From Vicinamibacteria bacterium (lineage in GTDB: Bacteria > Acidobacteriota > Vicinamibacteria > Fen-336 > JAGNNV01), in the NCBI GenBank assembly GCA_031364765.1, contig JANLWV010000382.1, positions 1 to 34,523 on the forward strand: a stretch of 34,523 nt of DNA. The letters run 5' to 3'. Position numbers and translations under genes: made by a program. Each line of letters opens with the position of its first letter. The stretch's first letter is position 1. Below are positions 9,070-18,316 of this stretch, piece by piece. Below the pieces are notes generated by a model that was not told where the DNA came from, did not search any database, and saw nothing but the letters and a program-made list of their open reading frames with translations.

Positions 9070-9228
9070 ATGAACCCCCCTTTCACGAAGAACATCGGAA
9101 TGCTCCTGTTGGGAATCTGGCTGATCCTGATGAACCTTGTGGGCTTTGTCCCCCTGATCGCCTCTCTCGGCATCCTCCTCAACTTCCTGGGGATCGCGGC
9201 CGGCGTTTTGATCCTGTTAGGGCGATAG
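9070..9228 (+). CDS. Small 2-TM membrane protein (52 aa)
   Basis: SD AAGGAG; KNIGMLLLGIWLIL...LGIAAGVLILLGR. Confidence 0.75.
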   Translation: MNPPFTKNIGMLLLGIWLILMNLVGFVPLIASLGILLNFLGIAAGVLILLGR

Positions 9229-9253
9229 CCCGCACACCCTCGAGGCCCACCCA

Positions 9254-10867
9254 TTGGCTGAGGTTCAGACAGCCGACCGCGCGGGGCGCTGGTTTGATCG
9301 ACTCGTCCCTTACGCCATAGGCCTCCTCGGCATCGTCCTGGCCGCCGGCATCAACGTTCCTGTCGACCCGGAAGCGGACACCAGAACTGCTTTCCTTTTG
9401 CTCCTGGTCGCCGTGATGGCCGCGGCCTGGCACGGTGGACTTCTTCCCGGCCTCTCGACGACGCTGCTCTCCGCCCTGGTCGGCGACTACCTCTTCGCTT
9501 CGAGGGCCTCATTCAGTTCAGGCCACAGGGCCGATGCCGCCGGCATCGGATTCTTCCTCCTTGAAGGCAGTCTCATCAGCATCCTTGGAGGTCAGTTCCG
9601 CGCGGCCCGGCGCAAGGAACAGGCCCTTTCCAAACTCTCCGCGACCCAGGCGGCCATCGCCCTGGACAACGCCCAACTCTATAGGGAGGCGCAAAAGGCG
9701 CGGGCTTCTGCCGAGGCCGCGAGCGGCCGGAAGGACGAGTTCCTGGCGACCTTGTCGCACGAGCTCCGCACCCCGCTGACCGCCATCGTCGGCTGGGCGC
9801 ACCTGCTTCAACGCGGCCAGCTTTCGACCGACGAGACGACTCGAGCGGTGGAGACCATCATCCGAAACGCCACCGCGCAGAGCCAGATCATCGACGAGTT
9901 GCTCGACGTGTCGCGGATCATCACGGGCGACCTTCAGCTCGATCTGAGATCGGTAGACGTCGCCGCGGTGGTCAGGGCGGTCATCGCGACGGTGACGCCG
10001 GCGGCCAGCGCCAAGGGCATTTCGCTCCAACTCATCCAGAACCCGGCAGGGAATTACGTCATGGGCGACCCCGAGCGCCTCGAGCAGGTTTTCTGGAACC
10101 TGTTCTCGAACGCGATCAAGTTCACGCCGAAGGACGGCCGGGTTCGGGCCGTGGTCGAGTCCGTCGGCCCGAACGTCGAGGTGGTCATCGCCGACACCGG
10201 CGCCGGCATCGACGCCGAATTCTTCCCCCGCCTGTTTGACCGCTTCACGCAAGACGATTCGTCGAGCACGCGGCCCGCGCGCGGTCTCGGCCTGGGCCTA
10301 TCTATTGCTCGCCGGCTGGTCGAACTCCACGGTGGCAGCATCACGGCGGAGAGTCCAGGAGTTGGCCTCGGGTCGACGTTCACGGTGCGTTTCCCCGGTT
10401 CCCCCGCGATGTCCCCGCCCCTCGATTCCTTCGCCTCGTCCCCGGCGGGCAGGATGGCGGGACGGGAGGCCGGCCCCGGCCTGAAGGGAGTCCGGGTCCT
10501 GGTCGCCGACGACGACGCGGATGCCCGTCTCCTTATTGAGAAAGTGCTTGAGATCCAGGGCGCGATTGTCAAGACAGTCTCCTCGGCGCGGGAGGCCCTC
10601 GATGTCCTGGGCAGAGAACGCGTCGATGTCCTTTTGAGCGACATTGAGATGCCTGGCACCGATGGGTGTCAGTTGATCAAGGATCTACGCCTGCGGCCAT
10701 CACAGGAAGGAGGGTCCGTCCCCGCCGCGGCCTTGACCTCTTATGCCCGTACCGAGGATCGACTGCGGGCGCTGCGCGCCGGATTCCAGCTACACTTGGC
10801 GAAGCCCGTACAGCCCTCGGAACTCGTCACCGTTGTCGCGCGCCTCGCCGCGCGACGTAACTTGTGA
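9254..10867 (+). CDS. Membrane hybrid histidine kinase (DUF4118-like TM, HisKA, HATPase, REC)
   Basis: Four TM segments, H-box SHELRTPL, NAIKFT, DTGAGI, GLGLGL, and REC motifs ADDD/SDIEMP/KP. Confidence 0.9.
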   Translation: MAEVQTADRAGRWFDRLVPYAIGLLGIVLAAGINVPVDPEADTRTAFLLLLVAVMAAAWHGGLLPGLSTTLLSALVGDYLFASRASFSSGHRADAAGIGFFLLEGSLISILGGQFRAARRKEQALSKLSATQAAIALDNAQLYREAQKARASAEAASGRKDEFLATLSHELRTPLTAIVGWAHLLQRGQLSTDETTRAVETIIRNATAQSQIIDELLDVSRIITGDLQLDLRSVDVAAVVRAVIATVTPAASAKGISLQLIQNPAGNYVMGDPERLEQVFWNLFSNAIKFTPKDGRVRAVVESVGPNVEVVIADTGAGIDAEFFPRLFDRFTQDDSSSTRPARGLGLGLSIARRLVELHGGSITAESPGVGLGSTFTVRFPGSPAMSPPLDSFASSPAGRMAGREAGPGLKGVRVLVADDDADARLLIEKVLEIQGAIVKTVSSAREALDVLGRERVDVLLSDIEMPGTDGCQLIKDLRLRPSQEGGSVPAAALTSYARTEDRLRALRAGFQLHLAKPVQPSELVTVVARLAARRNL

Positions 10868-12420
10868 AAGGCACGCACAATTTGAGACTGCCCGATAGCG
10901 ACCACGAACTGCGAGAGTTCCTGGAGCACGCGACGGTCGGGTTTTTATGGGTCGGCCCCGACGGTCACATCCTCTGGGCGAACCAAGCCGAGCTGGATCT
11001 CGTTGGGTGTTCGGAGGCCGAATGTGTGGGCCGCCACATCGCCGAGTTCCTCACCGAGCCCTTGACCGCCGCCGACATCCTGGGGCGGCTCGCGCGCGGC
11101 GAGAGCGTCCAGTCCCATGAGACCTGCCTTCGAACCAAGGACGGATCCATCAAGAAGGTTCTGCTCGAGGGGAGCGGGCTCTTCCGCGACGGCAAGTTCG
11201 TTCACGGCCGGCTCGTGACCCACGACATCACCGGCCTCATGGAAAGGGAGCAGGCCGCACGGCATCGAGCCGAGGCGACAAGCCAGCTCAAGGACGAGTT
11301 TCTGGCCCTGCTTTCCCACGAACTGCGGACCCCGCTCGGGGCCATCCTGGTCTGGCTCGGCCTCCTGCGGCAGGGAGGCTTCGATGTCGCCGAGCGAGAA
11401 CGCGCCCTCGAGATCATCGAGCGTAGCGCTCGTTCCCTGGAGCGCATCATCGAGGACCTGCTTCACGCCTCCCGCATTGCCGCGGGCGGCCTCATGCTCC
11501 ATCCGCAGCTGGTAGACATCCGAAGCGTGGTTCACGTTGCGGTCGATGCCGTGGCGGGAGACGCGGCCTTGAAGGGCCTGTCTCTCGCGTGGACCCACGG
11601 TGAGACTCCCATCTGGGTAAGGGGGGATCCCGGCCGTCTGCAGCAGGTCGTCTCCAATCTCCTGTCGAATGCCATCAAGTTCACTCCCACCGGAGGCGAC
11701 GTGAGGGTTTCGCTGGACACCATCGATCAGCAGGCCCGGCTCTGGGTCGTCGATAGCGGCGAGGGGATGAGTCCTGCTTTTTTACCGTTCGCTTTTGAGA
11801 GGTTCCGGCAGCAGGACAGCACAAGCACCAGGGCCCACCATGGTCTGGGCCTGGGTCTTTATGTGGTCCGCCATGTCGTGGGGAGCCACGGCGGCTTTGC
11901 CGGCGCCGAGAGTCATGGACCGGGCCGCGGCAGCAAGTTCACGGTGTTGCTTCCGCTCGCGGCCGACCCCCACCATGAAGTTGGCATCCGAGCCCGCGAG
12001 CCGGGCCCGAACGGGAGTCGGCCACCCGATGGTCTCACCGTGTTGTTCGTTGACGACGAGGAGGATGTGCGCGAAGCCCTCAGACTGATCCTTCAGCAGA
12101 ACGGAATGGTCGTCACCACGGCCGCATCGGCTCGCGAAGCGTTCGGTCTTCTCGAACGCCTGCGACCGGATATTCTCCTGAGCGACATCGCCATGCCCGG
12201 CGAAGACGGTCTCTCGCTCATTCGGCGCGTACGTCTGCTGCCGCCCGCCAGCGGCGGCCTCATCCCGGCGGCGGCGCTGTCGGCCTATGCCAGCGCCTCG
12301 GACCGTCGGAACGCGCTCCTGGCCGGCTTTCAGCACCACCTTACGAAGCCGGTCGATCCCGCCCGCCTGCTCGCGGTGATTGCGAGCATGGCCCGAACGA
12401 ATGAGATTCGAAATGAGTAA
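10864..12420 (+). CDS. PAS hybrid histidine kinase
   Basis: PAS (ILWANQAE...TKDGS), SHELRTPL, NAIKFT, G-boxes and REC SDIAMP; GTGA overlap with the upstream gene. Confidence 0.92.
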   Translation: MKGTHNLRLPDSDHELREFLEHATVGFLWVGPDGHILWANQAELDLVGCSEAECVGRHIAEFLTEPLTAADILGRLARGESVQSHETCLRTKDGSIKKVLLEGSGLFRDGKFVHGRLVTHDITGLMEREQAARHRAEATSQLKDEFLALLSHELRTPLGAILVWLGLLRQGGFDVAERERALEIIERSARSLERIIEDLLHASRIAAGGLMLHPQLVDIRSVVHVAVDAVAGDAALKGLSLAWTHGETPIWVRGDPGRLQQVVSNLLSNAIKFTPTGGDVRVSLDTIDQQARLWVVDSGEGMSPAFLPFAFERFRQQDSTSTRAHHGLGLGLYVVRHVVGSHGGFAGAESHGPGRGSKFTVLLPLAADPHHEVGIRAREPGPNGSRPPDGLTVLFVDDEEDVREALRLILQQNGMVVTTAASAREAFGLLERLRPDILLSDIAMPGEDGLSLIRRVRLLPPASGGLIPAAALSAYASASDRRNALLAGFQHHLTKPVDPARLLAVIASMARTNEIRNE

Positions 12421-13753
12421 CGCGCCCCGTGCGTTGATCGTCGACGACGACCCCGGTTTCCTCGCCGGGCTTGCCGAACTTGTCAGGCGTGAAGGCTTTG
12501 CCGTCGTGAGCGCGAGCGACCTGAAGCAGGCCCGCGAGGAGATCGCCGCGAGCCCTCCGGACATTCTGCTGATCGATCTTCATTTGCCGGACGGCAGCGG
12601 GCTCAGCCTTCTCGAAGGCATGGATCAGGCGTCGCGTCCCGAGGTCCTTCTGATCACGGGGAGCGCTTCGGTCGAAACCGCGGTGGACTCGCTTCGCCGA
12701 GGCGTCACCGACTATCTGACCAAGCCGGTGGACTTCGCGCGGGTGAAGATGGCGCTCGGCAACGTCACCCGCGCCCTGGAAATGAGGGGCGAAATCAGCA
12801 CGCTCCGGGGCGAGCTGCGGAGGCTCGGCCGATTCGGGCCGATGATCGGCGCTTCCCCGGCGATGCAGAAGGTTTACGATTTGATCAGCCGGGTGGCCGG
12901 AACCGATGCATGCGTCCTCATCAGCGGCGAAACCGGCACCGGCAAGGAGCTGGTCGCCGAGACCATCCACAGCCTGAGCCGCCGGGGCAAGCAGTCCTTC
13001 CTACCCGTGAACTGCGGCGCCCTCTCGGCGCATTTGATCGAGAGCGAGCTGTTTGGTCACGAGCGTGGAAGCTTCACCGGCGCCGAGCGCATGCACCGGG
13101 GCTATTTCGAACGAGCGAGCGGAGGCACCCTGTTCCTTGATGAAGTCACCGAGGCGATGGAGATTCAGGTTCGACTCCTTCGCGCCCTCGAAACCTCCAC
13201 GATCACGCGGGTCGGCGGAACCGAGCCGATCAAGATCGATGTGCGGATTGTCGCCGCCACCAGCCGTCGTGTCGACGAAGCCGTCGCGGCCGGGAAGTTG
13301 CGGGAGGACCTCTTCTACCGCCTGAATGTCTTCCCGATCCAGCTTCCTCCGCTGCGGGCGCGCGGCGACGATGTCGAACTCCTCGCGGAAAAGGTGCTGA
13401 GCGACCTGAACATCGCGGCGGGGACGGCCAAGCACTTCACCCGGGCGTGCCTTGATCGGTTGCACCGCCATAGCTGGCCCGGCAACGTACGGGAGTTGCA
13501 GAACGTCATCCGTCGCGCCTTCATTCTCGCCGAGGAGGATGTGGGTGTTGACTCCCTGCCCCTGGGCGTCACCGCAGAGGCCTCAGCCACGAGTCTGGTG
13601 ACACGGGTAGGGACGCCGATCGCGGAAATGGAGCGCCGCCTCATCCTGGCGACGCTTGAGCACTGCGATGGCAACAAGAAGGCGGCCGCCGAGGTACTGA
13701 AAATCAGCCTGAAGACCCTTTACAACCGCTTGAACGAATACAAGATCGACTGA
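12413..13753 (+). CDS. sigma54-dependent NtrC/AtoC-family response regulator (REC-AAA+-Fis HTH)
   Basis: REC VDDD/IDLHLPD/KP, Walker A GETGTGKE, ESELFGH..GSFTGA, LFLDE, REDLFYRL, WPGNVREL and HTH ISLKTLYNRL. Confidence 0.95.
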   Translation: MSNAPRALIVDDDPGFLAGLAELVRREGFAVVSASDLKQAREEIAASPPDILLIDLHLPDGSGLSLLEGMDQASRPEVLLITGSASVETAVDSLRRGVTDYLTKPVDFARVKMALGNVTRALEMRGEISTLRGELRRLGRFGPMIGASPAMQKVYDLISRVAGTDACVLISGETGTGKELVAETIHSLSRRGKQSFLPVNCGALSAHLIESELFGHERGSFTGAERMHRGYFERASGGTLFLDEVTEAMEIQVRLLRALETSTITRVGGTEPIKIDVRIVAATSRRVDEAVAAGKLREDLFYRLNVFPIQLPPLRARGDDVELLAEKVLSDLNIAAGTAKHFTRACLDRLHRHSWPGNVRELQNVIRRAFILAEEDVGVDSLPLGVTAEASATSLVTRVGTPIAEMERRLILATLEHCDGNKKAAAEVLKISLKTLYNRLNEYKID

Positions 13754-13886
13754 CCCCCCGAGACCGCGCCGCCCGCCCCCCGTGGAACAATCTACAAAAC
13801 ATCCATGATTCAGGGGGCCGACCGACAGAGCCTACCGGGCGCGAATTGGGGCGGCGAGAGATGGCCTTGAGGCGCGAGACCGGCTG

Positions 13887-14030
13887 ATGGCAGCGCTGCA
13901 CGAGTTTTTGACCACCAACACACCGGAACTCATCAGCCGCACCTAGGCGAAGGCCGCCCAGCGGACGAGCCCGGTGCCGACCGACGCCGAGCTCAAGAAC
14001 GGCGTGCCCTCTTCCTGATTCGGCCGGACC
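13887..14030 (+). pseudogene. Probable relic of a sensor-kinase N-terminus
   Basis: MAALHEFLTTNTPELISRT*AKAAQRTSPVPTDAELKNGVP/LFL, with an in-frame TAG at 13944 and a -1 frameshift near 14009. From memory it resembles the LHEF...GVPLFL N-termini of cytoplasmic HKs. Confidence 0.45.
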
Positions 14031-14047
14031 TAGTTCACGACCCGGCG

Positions 14048-14063
14048 CGGCACACCGTTTGCT
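14048..14063 (+). promoter_or_regulatory. sigma54 -24/-12 promoter of the kai operon
   Basis: CGGCACACCGTTTGCT, about 115 bp upstream of kaiC. Confidence 0.8.
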
Positions 14064-14178
14064 TGAAACGGCCTAATCGAGCAGGACGTGCTTGGATCTG
14101 GTCCGTAAATGACGACCGTGCAGCACAACTAATGTCGGTTGGCGATCTGGGGTCGCGAGAGCGGTTCCCTAGCGAGGA

Positions 14179-15669
14179 GTGCCTGTTAAGAAGAAGACGG
14201 TCGTATCGCCCTTGCTGAAAGCCAGAAGTGGCATCCGAGGCCTTGACGAAATCACAGGCGGAGGCCTGCCCCGAGGTCGCCCCACTCTCGTTTGCGGAAG
14301 TGCTGGCGCTGGTAAGACACTTTTTTCGGTGGAGTTCCTCGTGCGCGGCATCGAGATGGGCGAGCCGGGCGTGTTCATGGCCTTCGAGGAGACGTCCGAG
14401 GAACTGGCGCAGAACGTGGCCTCGCTGGGCTTCGACCTCGCTCACCTCACCGCCCAGAAGAAGCTGGTCGTCGACTTCGTCCGCGTCGAGCGTGCAGAGA
14501 TTGCGGAGACGGGGGAGTACGACCTCGAGGGACTTTTCGTTCGCCTGGGCCACGCCATCGACGCCATTTCCGCCCGGCGGGTGGTGCTCGACTCGATCGA
14601 GACACTGTTCGCTGGTTTGTCGAACACGACACTGCTGCGCGCGGAGCTGCGTCGCCTGTTCCGCTGGCTGAAGGCCCGCAAGGTGACGGCCGTCATCACG
14701 GCCGAGCGCGGGGCGGGAGCCCTCACCCGGCATGGGCTTGAAGAATACGTTTCCGACTGCGTGATCCTGCTCGATCACCGGGTCACGGATCAGGTCTCCA
14801 CGCGAAGACTGCGTGTGGTGAAGTACCGGGGCTCCGCCCATGGCACGAACGAGTATCCCTTCCTGGTCGACGCCCACGGCTTTTCCGTCCTGCCCATCAC
14901 CTCTTTGGGGCTGCAACATCGAGCGTCCGCGGTGCGGGTTTCGAGCGGCATATCGCGGCTCGACACCATGCTGGGAGGCGGCTATTTCCGCGGCAGCACC
15001 GTCCTTTTCTCGGGAACGCCAGGGTCCGGCAAGACCAGTGTGGCCGCCCGCTTCGTGCAGGACGCCTGCGCTCGCGGAGAGCGCTGCCTGTTTCTCGCTT
15101 TCGAGGAATCGCCGGAACAGCTCACCCGCAACATGGGCTCGATCGGCATGGACCTGGGCCGCTGGCGCAGGCAGGGACTTTTGCGACTGGAATCGGCCCG
15201 GCCGGCGGTCTACGGGCTGGAGACGCACCTCGCCTTCATACACAGGACGATCAAGGACTTCAAACCGACGGCCGTCCTCGTGGATCCCATCACAGACTTC
15301 ACCACTGCGGTCGCCGACAACAAGGCCATGCTCACGAGACTTATCGACTTCCTCAAGATGGAAGGCATCACCGCGGTGTTCACGAGCCTCACCACGGCGG
15401 GGGCGTCCGTCGAGCAGTCGGAAGCAGGGGTATCGTCCCTCATCGACACGTGGATCGTGCTGCGGGATCTGGAACGCGAAGGCCGGCGCTACCGCGCTCT
15501 CTCGGTGCTCAAGTCGCGCGGCATGCCCCACTCCCGCGACATCCGGGAATTCCGAATCACGGGTCAAGGTATCGATATCGGCGAGGACCAGCCTGTGCTG
15601 TCCGAACGGCCGGAGGGCAAGATCCGGAAGAGCGCCGGAACTGGCACCCACCAGGAAGCGGCGCGATGA
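14179..15669 (+). CDS. kaiC: Double-domain KaiC ATPase
   Basis: Two RecA-like domains (GSAGAGKT and GTPGSGKT, each with FEE), [23 protein letters not shown] and KSRGMPHS. Confidence 0.95.
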   Translation: MPVKKKTVVSPLLKARSGIRGLDEITGGGLPRGRPTLVCGSAGAGKTLFSVEFLVRGIEMGEPGVFMAFEETSEELAQNVASLGFDLAHLTAQKKLVVDFVRVERAEIAETGEYDLEGLFVRLGHAIDAISARRVVLDSIETLFAGLSNTTLLRAELRRLFRWLKARKVTAVITAERGAGALTRHGLEEYVSDCVILLDHRVTDQVSTRRLRVVKYRGSAHGTNEYPFLVDAHGFSVLPITSLGLQHRASAVRVSSGISRLDTMLGGGYFRGSTVLFSGTPGSGKTSVAARFVQDACARGERCLFLAFEESPEQLTRNMGSIGMDLGRWRRQGLLRLESARPAVYGLETHLAFIHRTIKDFKPTAVLVDPITDFTTAVADNKAMLTRLIDFLKMEGITAVFTSLTTAGASVEQSEAGVSSLIDTWIVLRDLEREGRRYRALSVLKSRGMPHSRDIREFRITGQGIDIGEDQPVLSERPEGKIRKSAGTGTHQEAAR

Positions 15670-16010
15670 CGGTCGAGAGGCGGCCGGGTCGCAAGTCCAC
15701 GCTGCGGCTCGTCGCCGCGAGCCTCGAGGCCGCCGAGCGCTGGGAACTGCGGCTCTACGTGGCCGGACAGACCCCCAGATCCCTCGCCGCCTTTGCGAAC
15801 CTCAAGAAGATCTGCGAGGCCCACCTCCAGGGCAAGTACCGGATCGAAGTGATCGACCTCCTGGTCAAACCGGAGCTCGCCCGAGCGGACCAGATCGTCG
15901 CCATACCCACCCTGATCCGGAAGCTCCCGGAACCGGTGAAGAGGATCATCGGCGACCTGTCAAATAGGGAGCGCACGCTGGTCGGCATGGAGCTCGTTCG
16001 GGAACTCTGA
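15666..16010 (+). CDS. kaiB: KaiB protein 1
   Basis: [12 protein letters not shown]...IEVIDL...QIVAIPTL...IIGDLS; ATGA overlap with kaiC. Confidence 0.95.
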   Translation: MTVERRPGRKSTLRLVAASLEAAERWELRLYVAGQTPRSLAAFANLKKICEAHLQGKYRIEVIDLLVKPELARADQIVAIPTLIRKLPEPVKRIIGDLSNRERTLVGMELVREL

Positions 16011-16011
16011 G

Positions 16012-16356
16012 ATGGCGCACAAGAAGAATAGATCGCCGCAACGCGGGCGCGGATCGGCGACGGCCGATAAGCAGGCGGAGCGTTACGAGTTGACGCTCTA
16101 CGTGACGGGCGCCACGGCTAGGTCCCTTCGGGCGATCGCCAACATCAAAGCTATCTGCGAGGAATACCTGAAAGGCCACTACCAACTGGAGGTCGTGGAC
16201 ATCTATCGGCGGCCGGAACTGCTGCACCGGGACCAGATTGTGGCCGTGCCGACGCTCGTCAGGAAGCTTCCGCGTCCGGTGCGCCTCCTGGTCGGCGACC
16301 TCTCGAGGGCGGAGCAGGTGCTTTCGGGCCTGGACATCGTCGCCGGTCCTTCCTAG
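16012..16356 (+). CDS. kaiB: KaiB protein 2
   Basis: LTLYVTGATARS...LEVVDIY...QIVAVPTL...LVGDLS. Confidence 0.93.
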   Translation: MAHKKNRSPQRGRGSATADKQAERYELTLYVTGATARSLRAIANIKAICEEYLKGHYQLEVVDIYRRPELLHRDQIVAVPTLVRKLPRPVRLLVGDLSRAEQVLSGLDIVAGPS

Positions 16357-16363
16357 AAGCGAC

Positions 16364-18316
16364 ATGCCCGTCAAAGCAGAGCGGGGCGCACTGGCAGAAG
16401 AGAACGAAGGGCTGCGCGCCCGGCTTCTCGAGTTGGAGGAGACGCTGCGTGCCATCCGCAGCGGCGAAGTGGACGCGCTGGTCGTGGAGACCGCCGGGGA
16501 AAGCCAAGTCTTCACGCTGAAGAGCGCCGACCTGACCTACCGCGTAATGGTGGAAGCGATGCAGAAAGGCGCGGCTACGCTGTCCGAGGACGGACTCGCG
16601 CTCTATTGCAACCCCTTCCTGGCCGCCCTGCTGGACGTGCCCGTGGAAACGGTGGTCGGCTCGCCGCTTTCGGGCTTCCTGGACGAGCAGGCAGCGGCCT
16701 CCCTGAGCGCGCTGCTACGGGCCGCGGAGAACGGGGTCAGCCGGGGCGAGGTCTCGTTCCGGAAGGGCCGGGACTCTGTCCCCACCCAAGTCTCCCTCAC
16801 GCTGCTGCCTCTCGAGGGCGCGCACGTCTTCTGCATGATCGTCACCGACCTGACGGAGCGCAAGCGCGGGGAGGCAGAGCGCGCGCAGCTCGAACGCGAA
16901 CAAATGGCGCGGGCGGCGGCGGAGGAGGCGAACCGAACCGCTCTACACGAGATTGAAAGGCGCAAGGGCGTCGAGGAGTCGCTCCTTCGAGCCGAGAAGG
17001 ACAGGACAAGGCTCCTGGCCCTTGAACGGGCCGCGCGCACCGAGGCGGAGGAGGCCAACCGGTTGAAGGACGAGTTCCTGGCGACCCTGTCCCACGAACT
17101 CCGTACGCCGCTGACCGCCATCGTCGGCTGGGCCCACCTGCTTCACCGCGGCAGGCTCTCGCCCGACGCGACCGTCCGCGCCGTGGACACCATCATCCGG
17201 AACGCCACCGCCCAGAACCAGATCATTGACGAGTTGCTCGACGTGTCGCGGATTATCACCGGCAAATTCCAGATGAGCTTGAGCCCGGTGCGTCTGCACG
17301 ACGTGATCGAATCGGCGGCGGACACCGTGCGGCACGCCGCGCAGGCCAGGGAGGTCGAGCTCGATCTGACCATCGACCCTTCGGCCGGGCCGGTGTTGGG
17401 GGACGCGAGCCGGCTGCAGCAGGTGATCTGGAATCTGCTGTCTAACGCCATCCGGTTTGCGCCCGTGGGGGGACGGGTGGAGGTGCGCGTTTCCGCCGTG
17501 GGCTCGTGGGTCGAGATCTCGGTCACGGACGATGGCGCCGGGATCGATTTCGCGTTTCTGCCCTACGTCTTCGACCGCTTCCGACAGGCGGACTCATCCA
17601 GCACTCGCCCCCACACCGGACTGGGTCTCGGCCTGGCCATCACGCGGTACCTGGTCGAGCTGCATGGCGGATCGGTCGAGGCGCGGAATCGCGAAGGCCG
17701 GTCGGGGGCCGTGTTTATCGTCAGGCTGCCGCGGCCGATCCAGGCCTCGACCGACAGGCGGCCAGCCGAAGGGGATCAGCCGATCCCGCGGGCACAACCG
17801 CCACGGGCTGCACCCTCGCTCGAAGACGTGACCGTGCTCTTGGTCGACGACAGTGAGGATACGCGCGAGGCCGTGGCCATGGCCCTCGCGCACTACGGCG
17901 CTCGTGTGACCGCCGCCTCCTCGGCCCGGCAGGCTTTTGACATCCTCGTGCAAGAGCGACCGCAAGTTCTTGTGGCCGACATCGGCATGCCGGGCGAGGA
18001 CGGTCACACTCTCCTCAAGTGGGTACGCTCGCTCCCGGTCGAGAGAGGGGGCGCGACGCCGGCCATGGCTCTCACGGCGTACGCAAGCGAACAGGATTCT
18101 CTGGCTGCGCTGCGCGCTGGCTTCCAGATGCATCTCTCCAAGCCCGTGACGCCGGCCGAACTGGCCACCGCAGTCGAAAGTCTTGTCGGGGCGGTCCGAA
18201 ACGGGACGGCCTTGCTTCCTGGGCCGTCGCCTACGGCGCAGGAAAGCCCGGCCGGCTCTCCTTCGGTTCCGCGGACCTTTGGAGCGCGGCCGAAAGCGCC
18301 GCGACCAGTTCGATGA
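16364..18316 (+). CDS. Cytoplasmic PAS hybrid histidine kinase of the kai operon
   Basis: Coiled coil + AIRSGEVDALVV, PAS, SHELRTPL, HATPase G-boxes and REC ADIGMP/KP. ATG at 16364. Confidence 0.92.
   Translation: MPVKAERGALAEENEGLRARLLELEETLRAIRSGEVDALVVETAGESQVFTLKSADLTYRVMVEAMQKGAATLSEDGLALYCNPFLAALLDVPVETVVGSPLSGFLDEQAAASLSALLRAAENGVSRGEVSFRKGRDSVPTQVSLTLLPLEGAHVFCMIVTDLTERKRGEAERAQLEREQMARAAAEEANRTALHEIERRKGVEESLLRAEKDRTRLLALERAARTEAEEANRLKDEFLATLSHELRTPLTAIVGWAHLLHRGRLSPDATVRAVDTIIRNATAQNQIIDELLDVSRIITGKFQMSLSPVRLHDVIESAADTVRHAAQAREVELDLTIDPSAGPVLGDASRLQQVIWNLLSNAIRFAPVGGRVEVRVSAVGSWVEISVTDDGAGIDFAFLPYVFDRFRQADSSSTRPHTGLGLGLAITRYLVELHGGSVEARNREGRSGAVFIVRLPRPIQASTDRRPAEGDQPIPRAQPPRAAPSLEDVTVLLVDDSEDTREAVAMALAHYGARVTAASSARQAFDILVQERPQVLVADIGMPGEDGHTLLKWVRSLPVERGGATPAMALTAYASEQDSLAALRAGFQMHLSKPVTPAELATAVESLVGAVRNGTALLPGPSPTAQESPAGSPSVPRTFGARPKAPRPVR

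Noticed and set aside
14035-15651. Long antisense ORFs (538 aa opposite kaiC; similar ones at 2939-3931, 4674-5855, 21481-22587, 30519-31631 and 32237-33304)
   Set aside because: Shadow frames of real genes in high-GC DNA, with no recognisable motifs.
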